64,000 nt of DNA from Methanomassiliicoccaceae archaeon (GTDB lineage Archaea; Thermoplasmatota; Thermoplasmata; Methanomassiliicoccales; Methanomassiliicoccaceae), in contig CAVSJV010000002.1 of NCBI GenBank assembly GCA_963728405.1, positions 160,001 through 224,000 of the forward strand, in the 5' to 3' direction. The notes under the pieces were generated by a model. That model saw nothing but the letters and a program-made list of their open reading frames with translations, was not told the origin of the DNA and searched no databases. This document shows, piece by piece, positions 10,397 to 23,887 of the stretch. Numbering within the stretch: position 1 is the first letter of the stretch; every line of letters begins with the position of its first letter. Both the position numbers and the translations under genes were made by a program.

Positions 10397-12568
10397 ATGC
10401 AAATCGATGCCTGGGTATATCTAATACCATTTGCGGGCGCAATCGGTCTGCTCGTCGCATACCTCCTGACTCGTAACATATTCAGGAAGGACACCGGCAC
10501 CCCTGCGATGGAAGCCATCGGGGATGCCATCCGCGAAGGAGCAATGGCCTATCTAGCTCGCCAATACAAGACGATAGCTGTAATTAGCGTCATTCTTGGA
10601 ATAGTGATCGCAATTGGAATAAGATGGGAAGTCGGCATTGCCTTCTTGCTTGGTGCTTTCTTCTCCGCTCTGTCCGGTTATATCGGAATGTATGTGTCCG
10701 TAAGGACCAACATCCGGACCGCCAGCGCTGCGAGAAGGAACCTCAATGAAGCGCTCCAGACCTCCTTCCGCGGCGGTGCCGTTTCCGGTATCTCCGTGGT
10801 CACCCTGAGCCTACTCGGCGTCGCGGGCATTTTCTTCCTGTATGCACTGTTCATTGTTCCTACCCCCGACCCTGCCAGCATTCCCACCGGTTACACCGTG
10901 GACTCCTGGCAGGTCGTGGAGACCCTGAACTTGGTGGTCGGTTACGCCTTCGGTGCCTCCTTCGCTGCGCTTTTCGCCCAGCTGGGTGGCGGTATCTACA
11001 CCAAGGCCGCCGACGTGGGTGCTGACCTCGTCGGTAAGGTCGAGGCCGGTATCCCCGAGGATGACCCCCGCAACCCTGCGGTCATCGCTGACCTGGTCGG
11101 CGACAATGTGGGTGACTGCGCCGGCCGTGGTGCCGACCTGTTCGAGTCCACAGCAGCGGAGAACATCGGTGCCATGATCCTTGGTGCCGCCATCTTTGGC
11201 CTCACTGGCCGGATCGAGTGGGTGTTCTTCCCGCTGGTCGTTCGTGCCTTCGGTCTGCTGGCATCTCTCATCGGTATCATGATGGTGAAGCTGAGGAACG
11301 AGGACGAGGAGCCCATGAAGGCCCTCAACCGCGGCTACTATGTGTCCGCCATTCTCGGCGCCATAGGCTTCTACATCATCACCGAGTCCATGTTGCATGC
11401 CTGGCAGTTCTTTGCCTGCGGCCTTATCGGTATCGTCCTATCGATCGTCATCGTGTACATCACCCAATACTACACAGCTGGCGAGTACAGGCCGGTGCGT
11501 GAGATCGCCAAGGCCTCCGAGACCGGACCAGCAACCAACATCATCACCGGTTTCTCCATCGGACTGGAGACCACCGCCGCCCCGATCGTCGCCATCGGTA
11601 TCTCCCTCCTGGCCGCCTACGCCCTGGGTCAGGATGCAGCCAACTCCATAATGGGTGCTGGTGTTACCGGCAATGATCAGTTCGTCTTCGGTCTGTTCGG
11701 GACCGCCGTGGCCACTATGGGTATGCTGGCCACCGCCGCCTTCGTGCTGGCCATGGACACCTTTGGTCCGATCACCGACAACGCTGGTGGCATCTGCGAG
11801 ATGTCCAATCAGCCCGAGGACATCCGCCGCAGGACCGACAAGCTTGATGCTGTCGGAAACACCACTAAGGCTCTTACCAAGGGATATGCCATGGGTTCGG
11901 CGGCACTGGCCGCCTTCCTCTTGTTCGCTGCCTTCTTCCAAGAGGTCGCGGTCAAGCAGGATAAGCCGCTCATCGACGTCTTCCAGGTAAACATCGCCAA
12001 TCCGCCAGTTTTCGTCGCCGGTCTGGTCGGCGCCATGCTGGTCTTCCTGTTCGCATCCCTGGCCATTCGCGCCGTGGGCAAAGCTGCCTACGACATGATC
12101 AACGAGGTCAGGAGGCAGTTCAGGGAGCACCCCGGCATCCTCGCGGGAACCGAAAAGCCCGACTACGCTCTATGTGTTGACATCTCGACCAAGGGCGCCC
12201 TGAAGGCTATGATCCTGCCCGGCATCCTGCCGGTCGTGGTCCCGGTGGCTCTCGGCCTGACAATGCGTTATGTCTACCCCGGTGACACTGCGGTCCAGGC
12301 CGTCGGCGCATTCCTGATGATCGCCACCATCGCCGGTATCCTTATGGCCACTGTGCTGAACAATGGCGGAGGGGCCTGGGACAACGCCAAGAAATACATC
12401 GAGACCGGACACCACGGTGGAAAGAAGAGCCCTGCTCACGCCGCCGCGGTCGTTGGTGACACCGTCGGTGACCCCTTCAAGGACACCGCCGGTCCGTCCC
12501 TGCACGTGCTGGTGAAGCTGCTCTCCACCATCACCCTGGTCTTCGCCGGGTTGTTCATCATCGTATAG
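10397..12568 (+). CDS. hppA: Membrane-integral pyrophosphatase, K+-independent (H+-PPase) type
   Basis: GGGIYTKAADVGADLVGKVE, EDDPRNPAVIADLVGDNVGD, GNTTKA (Lys = K+-independent signature), GDTVGDPFKD. Confidence 0.95.
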   Translation: MQIDAWVYLIPFAGAIGLLVAYLLTRNIFRKDTGTPAMEAIGDAIREGAMAYLARQYKTIAVISVILGIVIAIGIRWEVGIAFLLGAFFSALSGYIGMYVSVRTNIRTASAARRNLNEALQTSFRGGAVSGISVVTLSLLGVAGIFFLYALFIVPTPDPASIPTGYTVDSWQVVETLNLVVGYAFGASFAALFAQLGGGIYTKAADVGADLVGKVEAGIPEDDPRNPAVIADLVGDNVGDCAGRGADLFESTAAENIGAMILGAAIFGLTGRIEWVFFPLVVRAFGLLASLIGIMMVKLRNEDEEPMKALNRGYYVSAILGAIGFYIITESMLHAWQFFACGLIGIVLSIVIVYITQYYTAGEYRPVREIAKASETGPATNIITGFSIGLETTAAPIVAIGISLLAAYALGQDAANSIMGAGVTGNDQFVFGLFGTAVATMGMLATAAFVLAMDTFGPITDNAGGICEMSNQPEDIRRRTDKLDAVGNTTKALTKGYAMGSAALAAFLLFAAFFQEVAVKQDKPLIDVFQVNIANPPVFVAGLVGAMLVFLFASLAIRAVGKAAYDMINEVRRQFREHPGILAGTEKPDYALCVDISTKGALKAMILPGILPVVVPVALGLTMRYVYPGDTAVQAVGAFLMIATIAGILMATVLNNGGGAWDNAKKYIETGHHGGKKSPAHAAAVVGDTVGDPFKDTAGPSLHVLVKLLSTITLVFAGLFIIV

Positions 12569-12689
12569 ATGATTGAACCCAAACCTCTTCCTTTTCCTTT
12601 TATCCAGTATCACTTTTTGGCGTTTGGGCACTAAGCCTATGTTTAAATAACAGATGACTTATCCACAATTATCGTTCAGAGGCCACGCT

Positions 12690-13256
12690 ATGTATATATT
12701 GACAACGAAGGAGAAGGTCGTACGCATCCCGCCGGAACGGCTGGGCGAGGACCTTACTGACGTTATTAACCAGCTGAGCTGGGAGTCCTTCGAGGGTAAG
12801 ATCGAAGGTTCCGACTCGCTGACCGTTCTGGTATCACACGTCGAACCGGTAGGACAGGGTCGAATAGTGCACGGGGACGGAGCCATCTATCAGAATGTCA
12901 AGTTCGACAGTTTGATATTCCGCCCGGTGCTCCAAGAGGTCATCGAGGGGACCGTCGTGGAGGTTCTGAAGTTCGGTGCCTTCGTCCGCTTTGGACCGTT
13001 GGACGGGCTGCTACACATCAGCCAGATAATGGACGACCGCATCGACGTTGACTCAGACAACGGCCGCCTGATTGGAAAGGATACCAAGCGTGACCTTAAG
13101 GTCGGTGACAAGGTCCACGCTCGCATTGTGGCCCTAAGCCTGAACGAAAGGAGCCCTCGCGAGTCTAAGATCGGCCTGACCATGAGGCAGCCGGGCCTCG
13201 GAAAGGTCGAGTGGATCGAGGAGGATCACAAGAAGACCAGCGGTGGTGCCGCATGA
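12690..13256 (+). CDS. rpoE1: RNA polymerase subunit E' (Rpo7)
   Basis: VRIPP, GDGA, FGAFVRFGPLDGLLHISQIMDD, KIGLTMRQPGLGK. Confidence 0.95.
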   Translation: MYILTTKEKVVRIPPERLGEDLTDVINQLSWESFEGKIEGSDSLTVLVSHVEPVGQGRIVHGDGAIYQNVKFDSLIFRPVLQEVIEGTVVEVLKFGAFVRFGPLDGLLHISQIMDDRIDVDSDNGRLIGKDTKRDLKVGDKVHARIVALSLNERSPRESKIGLTMRQPGLGKVEWIEEDHKKTSGGAA

Positions 13257-13438
13257 AGATACAGAAAGCGTGCAAGCACTGCAGCTTCATTACTGAAGAG
13301 GACACCTGCCCGCTGTGCAGCAACCAGACCTCCAAGGACTGGCAAGGTTACGTTATAATCGTGGACCACACCCGGTCGGAGATCGCGCAACGGATGGGAA
13401 TACATGTCAACGGAAAGTTCGCCCTCAAGGTGCGCTGA
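13253..13438 (+). CDS. spt4: Transcription elongation factor Spt4 (RpoE'')
   Basis: ACKHC..CPLC..WQGYVII..GKFALKVR; ATG overlaps the rpoE1 stop. Confidence 0.93.
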   Translation: MKIQKACKHCSFITEEDTCPLCSNQTSKDWQGYVIIVDHTRSEIAQRMGIHVNGKFALKVR

Positions 13439-13961
13439 ACTACGGTGCCCCCGTAGGGGATGGTCGCTACCAAATGATATGAGGGTGCAGCTGGCGACCG
13501 GTCTCGGACGGCTGGTGGGTCTCGATGACCTTCCGTCCGAACTGGAAGGATGCCAGCTACTCATGGCTGTTGGTGATATGGTCTCTTTTACTCTGCTGGA
13601 TAACGGCTTCGAACCGAACCTGGTCGTCTACGACCTCATGACTGAGCGCAGGCTCTATACCTCTCTTAAAGCCAAGCTCAAGGATATGGGGGGCATCGAC
13701 GTCAAGGTTACCAATCCCGCAGGGCAGATAACCGCGGAGCTCGTGCAGGAGATCGCGCGAGCAATTAATAGAGATGTTCCAACCAAATTGCAGGTCGAGG
13801 GAGAAGAGGACCTGGCCGCTCTGGCCTGCGCGGCGATGGCCCCCCTCGGTTCCTGCCTGATGTATGGGGTGCCCGGCAAGGGGATGGCCCTGCTCAGGAT
13901 AGATCAGGAAGCCGCAGGTCGAGCCAGATCGATGATATATTCTATGGAGGAATTGAATTGA
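13404..13961 (+). CDS. GTP-dependent dephospho-CoA kinase (DUF359)
   Basis: AVGDMVS, NPAGQIT, VEGEEDLAAL, YGVPGKG; conserved position after spt4. Confidence 0.88.
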   Translation: MSTESSPSRCAELRCPRRGWSLPNDMRVQLATGLGRLVGLDDLPSELEGCQLLMAVGDMVSFTLLDNGFEPNLVVYDLMTERRLYTSLKAKLKDMGGIDVKVTNPAGQITAELVQEIARAINRDVPTKLQVEGEEDLAALACAAMAPLGSCLMYGVPGKGMALLRIDQEAAGRARSMIYSMEELN

Positions 13962-14299
13962 AGCTAGAAATCGTCAACAAGACTGAGAATAAGCTCATGG
14001 ACAGGGTCGATGTCAATTTCAAGACCGAGCACGTCGGCGAAGGGACTCCCAACCGCGATTCCGTAAGGGTCGCTTTGGCCAGTGCTATGGGCGTTCAAAA
14101 GGACCGGATCGTTGTCTCGGACATGGCGTCCGAGTACGGCAAGGGCGCCAGCGACGGCTACGCGAAGGTCTATACTTCCGCCGAGAGCGCCAAGAAGCAC
14201 GAGAAGAACTATCTGTTGGTCCGCAACGGACTAGCTGAGAAGAAGGTTAAGAAGGCGGCGCCCGTTGCGGCGCCCAAGAAGAAGAGGAAGAGCAACTGA
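13958..14299 (+). CDS. rps24e: 30S ribosomal protein S24e (TTG start)
   Basis: NKLMDR, GTPNR, GYAKVY, LLVRNGL. Confidence 0.93.
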   Translation: MKLEIVNKTENKLMDRVDVNFKTEHVGEGTPNRDSVRVALASAMGVQKDRIVVSDMASEYGKGASDGYAKVYTSAESAKKHEKNYLLVRNGLAEKKVKKAAPVAAPKKKRKSN

Positions 14300-14309
14300 G
14301 GTGACCTAG

Positions 14310-14579
14310 ATGGCGAAGGATGTGAAGGCCGCAGCGGCCCCGGCAGACAAGAAGCCCGAAGAGAAGAAAGACAACAAGCCCAAGCCCGCCGCCGCCAAGA
14401 AGGGCCCAGCGAAGAAGGAGGCTGCGGCCAAGAAGGATTACTATGCCGTTTCAGGCTCCAAGATCGAGCGGAAGAGGCGCAACTGCCCCAAGTGTGGCCC
14501 CGGCGTCTTCCTAGCGGAGCACAAGGACCGCAACGCTTGCGGCAAGTGCGGCTACACCGAGTTCAAGAACAAAAAGTAA
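14310..14579 (+). CDS. rps27ae: 30S ribosomal protein S27ae with Lys/Ala-rich N-extension
   Basis: [27 protein letters not shown]. Confidence 0.95.
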   Translation: MAKDVKAAAAPADKKPEEKKDNKPKPAAAKKGPAKKEAAAKKDYYAVSGSKIERKRRNCPKCGPGVFLAEHKDRNACGKCGYTEFKNKK

Positions 14580-14658
14580 ATCCTTTCCATAATCTCTTCC
14601 ATTTCTTCCTTTTCTATCTAAATTAAGTACCACCATTCCATCACCCTCCGGTCACAAA

Positions 14659-15486
14659 ATGAGTTTTGGTTTCATCGGTTACGGTAACATGGGCAGCGCC
14701 GTCGTCCGGGCACTGCTAAAGGATGGCTCCATGGGCCAGGGTGAGGTCATCGTGTTCAACCGCTCCAGTGAGCGCCTTATGACTCTTACTCAACCATATC
14801 CGGGAGTGACCATAGCCGCTTCCCCTCACGAAGTGGCCGCCTCCAGTGATACGCTATTTCTTTGTGTAAGGAGCGGGGCGGTCCATAGTATCATGGGGGA
14901 GATCGCTCCATCGCTATCTCCCCGTACCCATCTGGTCACTATTAACGGGGGAGTGCAGATCTCGAACCTGGAAAGAGCATTCCCTGGGGCGGTCAGTAAG
15001 GTCATTCCATCCATGACCATTGAGACGGGCAGGGGCGTGACCCTGATGTGCCATAATGGGAAGGTGACCAGCGACCAGAGAGCCGCGCTCTCCGCTCTTT
15101 TTGGCCGTTCCAGCTTGGTAAGAGAAGTGAAGGAGGAGCAGTTCGAGGCCGCTTCGGACCTGACCAGTTGTGCTCCCGGGCTGTTGGCGGAAATCATGCT
15201 AAAGTTCGCCGAGGGCGGAGCCAGAGCAGGCAAGCTATCGAAGGAAGCGACCCTGGAAATGGTGCTTGAGACGATGATGGGCACGGCCATTCTGCTGACG
15301 GACCGGGGCATGGACCCCGAGGAGCTGAAGGCCCAGGTAGCCACCAAGGGCGGGATCACAGAGCAAGGGCTCAAGGTCTTGGCCAGTGAGCTGCCACAGG
15401 TGTATGATCAGGTCTTCCGAGCAACCCTCAACAAGCACGCCGAAGTAAAGCAGGCCATCACCGACGATTTCGACCGGGGCTGCTAG
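14659..15486 (+). CDS. proC: Pyrroline-5-carboxylate reductase family (ProC/ComER-like)
   Basis: GFIGYGNMG Rossmann motif, SCAPG, VATKGGITEQG. Confidence 0.75.
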   Translation: MSFGFIGYGNMGSAVVRALLKDGSMGQGEVIVFNRSSERLMTLTQPYPGVTIAASPHEVAASSDTLFLCVRSGAVHSIMGEIAPSLSPRTHLVTINGGVQISNLERAFPGAVSKVIPSMTIETGRGVTLMCHNGKVTSDQRAALSALFGRSSLVREVKEEQFEAASDLTSCAPGLLAEIMLKFAEGGARAGKLSKEATLEMVLETMMGTAILLTDRGMDPEELKAQVATKGGITEQGLKVLASELPQVYDQVFRATLNKHAEVKQAITDDFDRGC

Positions 15487-15543
15487 ATTCATCGCGAGAC
15501 TGCTGCCATCATCTTTATTACTACCTTTTCCATCAGAGACCTG

Positions 15544-15641
15544 GGACTCGTAGTGTAGCTTGGATATCACTGGGGCCTCCGGTGGACCATATCACGGTCC
15601 AGGGAAAGCCTCGAACGGGGGTTCGAATCCCCCCGGGTCCG
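15544..15641 (+). tRNA. tRNA-Arg(CCG) with a 24-nt intron at 37/38 (15583..15606)
   Basis: Acceptor GGACTCG/CGGGTCC; D-arm GTGTAGCTTGGATATCAC; anticodon stem GGGGC/GCCTC with CT-CCG-G; T-arm GGGGG-TTCGAAT-CCCCC; intron hairpin GGACC/GGTCC; CCA not encoded. Confidence 0.9.
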
Positions 15642-15942
15642 CCTTCCATTTTTCAGTTCTTATGGCAGAAGACAGGGCCAGCTTGACAAACCTCCTTTCT
15701 TTCTTTTTGATATGCTTCGACATCAAAAGAAACCAACGTCCGGTCCACCGACATAACTAAAAACTTTCGCCCGTGAGGGGTACGAGCGAGATCATTCACA
15801 ATGGGAGTGAGTGCAGTTCCGGTGCCCGAGGTGCAGGTCGTGGGGTTCGTCAACCTACTCGGGGTGAAATGCCTCGACAGATCTGGCGTGTGATCTCACG
15901 GCGTTTTGGGGTACACCTTAAAAAGGGGAAATGAAAAAGGGT

Positions 15943-18183
<2,241 letters not shown>

Positions 18184-18792
18184 TCATCTGAGGAACAAGA
18201 AGATGGTCCGGTACCCTATCGATACCAGACATGTGGCGGTTTGCTCTCAAACCCCAGCAGATCGGAAAGAAATTCATTCACCAAGTTCGAACATTATTTG
18301 ACACGAAGGTGAGCTCGATCGATCTCCACGGGTGATCAATTTTTCAATATGGCAATCTGAACAACTGGGAGGGACCTCAGATGCTTCGCAACCATCTCGG
18401 CGAGGATGAGTAAAAGTGAGATGCTGGAGCCTATATGCCCGCCCCTCGGAAATGGGGGTGGGCGAACCACCTCTTTCGCCCACAGCGGAAGGCCTGCTTG
18501 AGAATATACTTCAAAGAGGGGAGAGCATAACTGCCGATCGCATCGCGGGGGCGGTCATATTGACTAGAATATTGCAGACATCGAAGCGCTATGCCGAGGT
18601 GAAGAAGGTGCACATTCACTCCCCGAGCATTGCGCGTAGCTCGACAAGCGATATATACTCAAGCGGGTGCAGAAGTCCGAGGCCGCCGAGCTGGGCCTAG
18701 TGCTGCTGATGTCCCCGCCAATCAACGAGATCATAGCCTCAAAGCTTTTCCAAAAGGTTTCCGAAGTGGCTCAACAGCATTTATTTACTTAT

Positions 18793-19236
18793 TCACTCAG
18801 GACCCTTCCTAATTACTAAAACGGGGCAGGCCGCGAACCTGACCACCTTCTCGGCCACGCTGCCGATCAGAAAGTGGGCGACACCCGTGCGGCCCTTGGT
18901 GGCCATAACGATTAGGTCGTGCTTTTTGGACTCTTCGATGATGTCGTACGCCGGGCTCCCTCTCTTTACAATCGTCGTTGCCCTCACCCCCATTTCTTTT
19001 GCCAATTTGAGGGCGGCCTCCGCCGCTGCATCCGCTGCCCCTTGCTGATAAGCATACTGGTCGGGGATTCCTATCCCCTGTTGTATGCTGATGGGCGCCC
19101 GCATATCCACAATGCTGATGATTGTGACGTCCGCGTTCAGGCGTTTGGCCATGTCCAGACCAGAAGAGACCGCGGTTTGGGCACTCGCGCTCCCGTCAGT
19201 GGGGATGAGGATCTTCCGGTACCATCTCATTTGCAT
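18793..19236 (-). CDS. Universal stress protein
   Basis: KILIPTDGS, DLIVMATKGRTG, IGSVAEKVVRFAACPVLVI. Confidence 0.92.
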   Translation of the reverse strand: MQMRWYRKILIPTDGSASAQTAVSSGLDMAKRLNADVTIISIVDMRAPISIQQGIGIPDQYAYQQGAADAAAEAALKLAKEMGVRATTIVKRGSPAYDIIEESKKHDLIVMATKGRTGVAHFLIGSVAEKVVRFAACPVLVIRKGPE

Positions 19237-19302
19237 CACGCTAGAATATTGCTAGGTAGATAATCATCTAGAGCATAAAAATTGAAAGGGTTTTAAGGGG
19301 TT

Positions 19303-21640
<2,338 letters not shown>

Positions 21641-21647
21641 AGGAACC

Positions 21648-21662
21648 GACTGACCGTCAGTC
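21648..21662. promoter_or_regulatory. Probable TetR operator
   Basis: Perfect palindrome GACTGAC-C-GTCAGTC, 8 nt upstream of the tetR ATG and just downstream of a minus-strand TATA-like TTAAATATTAAG (~21671-21682). Confidence 0.7.
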
Positions 21663-21955
21663 AATAAATACTTAATATTTAACTATTTCGGCTTTAAATA
21701 TATTTATTTGGATTGCGTCATAAGGGAATCTATTGTCTTGCCAGTGTAACAGAAAATGTCTCGACGCAGTCTCGATCTTTACCGGTCGGGAGCTCCTGAG
21801 TAGATCGGGTTGATTCGAGAGTGGAAGATCATGTTCGTTGGCTGTTCAAATTATCCACGCGTTCCGCCCTGAAATATCGAGTAAAGGTCGAAAGTAAGAA
21901 CCTTTACATTTTTGCGTAAGAGTTTTATCAGACCATGGCCTAGTGGCGGGCGACC

Positions 21956-23119
21956 ATGTTCCTTACCAAGGATGAGGAAGCGATGCTGGCCGGGGAGAAG
22001 GGCGAAGGCGTTAGGACGGCGATGGAGCTGCTGGTAGCCTTGGGCGATATATACGAGGCCAAGAGGTTGGTCCCGATATCATCGGCCCATCTGGCCGGGG
22101 TCTCATACAAGACCATCGGTGAAGGGGGCATCGAGTTCCTCGAGCGGCTGTCCAGGGATGCAAAGATCCGTGTACCCACAACCCTGAATCCTTGTGGAAT
22201 GGACCGTCAACGGTGGAAGGAGATGGGCATATCGCCCCACTTCGCCGACCGCCAACTGCATATTATCGATTGCTACGAACGTCTCGGTGTCAATACCGAC
22301 TGCTCCTGCACCCCGTATCTCAGCACCAACATCCCCAAGAAGGGGGATTCCTTGGCCTGGGCCGAATCCAACGCACTGTCATTTGCCAACTCGGTGATCG
22401 GGGCAAGGACCAACCGGGAGGGAGGACCAGGAGCGTTGGCCGCTGCCATCGTTGGCCGCACCCCGGAGTACGGTCTTCATCTGGACGAGAACCGCGCGCC
22501 GACGGTGGTCATCGATGTTGAACTGGAGCGTGTGGACTACTCACTTCTTGGCCAGGCGGTCGGGACGGTCGTCGGCAACAGGGTTCCATACTTCCGAGGC
22601 ATCCGTCCGACGATCGATCAGCTGAAAACCCTTGCCGCGGCCATGGCCGCAGCGGGCTCGGTCGGTCTGTTCCATGTAGAAGGCATCACCCCAGAGGCTG
22701 TTGGCCGCGACCTCCGTAGTCTGGAGCGGGTGAGCATTGGCAAGGGTGAGCTTGAAGCAGCCAGGAACAAGCTCGACACCGGAAAGGACCCCGAGCTGAT
22801 CACCCTGGGCTGCCCCCATCTGTCGGTCGAGGAGATCAGGGAACTCGCCGCCAAATTGAAAGGAAGAACGAGGAAGGGCGAGGCGGAGGTATGGTTCTGT
22901 ACCTCTCGATGCACCGCATCCAAATGCCCCCATGAGCTGGAGACGCTCGCCCGATTTGGCAAGGTCGTTTGCGATACCTGCATGGTGGTCACCCCTATCG
23001 AAGAGCGGTTCTCCACAACCGCCACCAATTCCGGGAAGGCATGCAACTATCTACCGACCTTGTGCAAACAGAAGGTCGTGTACCGTACCACCGACGGATT
23101 GCTGGAGATGATATCGTGA
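21956..23119 (+). CDS. Aconitase X catalytic subunit (phosphomevalonate dehydratase large subunit-like)
   Basis: GVSYKTIG, TTLNP, SCTPY, ESNA..NSVIGARTNREGGP, FHVEGITPEA, GCPH, DTCMVV, TNSGKA. Confidence 0.9.
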   Translation: MFLTKDEEAMLAGEKGEGVRTAMELLVALGDIYEAKRLVPISSAHLAGVSYKTIGEGGIEFLERLSRDAKIRVPTTLNPCGMDRQRWKEMGISPHFADRQLHIIDCYERLGVNTDCSCTPYLSTNIPKKGDSLAWAESNALSFANSVIGARTNREGGPGALAAAIVGRTPEYGLHLDENRAPTVVIDVELERVDYSLLGQAVGTVVGNRVPYFRGIRPTIDQLKTLAAAMAAAGSVGLFHVEGITPEAVGRDLRSLERVSIGKGELEAARNKLDTGKDPELITLGCPHLSVEEIRELAAKLKGRTRKGEAEVWFCTSRCTASKCPHELETLARFGKVVCDTCMVVTPIEERFSTTATNSGKACNYLPTLCKQKVVYRTTDGLLEMIS

Positions 23120-23887
23120 TCCTGCAGGGTCGAGGAATATCCAAGGGCGTGGGCAAGGGTGCCATCCTATTGAGCGAAAGTCCAGTCTCCTTTCTGGGCG
23201 GGGTGGATCCCGCATCTGGTAGCCTCTCCGATCCATCGATGAACAATGAATCGATCAAGGACCGGGTGTTCGCCTTTCCCCGGGGAAAGGGCAGCACCGT
23301 CGGCTCCTATGTGCTTCTTGAGATGAGGAAACAGGGCACCCTTCCGGCGGCAATGATCAATGCCAGCGCTGAGCCGATCGTGGCCACCGGAGCGGTGATG
23401 TCCCATGTACCCCTGGTCGACCGGATCGACCTGTCCCTGCTACGGGACGGGGATCTGGCGCTAGTTGATGGCGCCCTCGGGACCGTCGAGCTCCCCGGGA
23501 TCAAGGAAACGCATGTGGTCAGCTGTCTGGTCCGCGATGGTAACCGCTACCTGATACTGAAAAGGAGCGAACATGTCGGCACCTTCCAGGGTTACTGGGC
23601 CGCGGTCAGCGGTTTCGTGGAAGATGGAGAGACCCCTGATCAGACCGCAGTAAAGGAGCTTAGGGAGGAGACCTCATTGGACCTGAGCATTGCCAAGAGC
23701 GGGGGGGCGGTGAAGGTGCGGTCCACGGATACCATCTGGGTGATCCATCCGTTCCTGTTCCAAGCCACCGGGCCAAAGGTAAAGATCGACTGGGAGCACA
23801 CAGAGTTCCGATGGCTCCGGGCCGATGAACTGAAGGCGTTCCAGACCGTCCCCGGCCTGGAACACGTTCTGAAAAAGCCTGCTCTAG
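23116..23887 (+). CDS. Aconitase X swivel subunit (DUF126) fused to a Nudix hydrolase
   Basis: GTG overlaps the upstream stop; SFLGGVDP and GKGSTVGSYVL, then Nudix box GFVEDGETPDQTAVKELREET and IDWEH. The end assumes one extra A in AAAAA (~23872), giving LKSLL-TAG. Confidence 0.8.
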
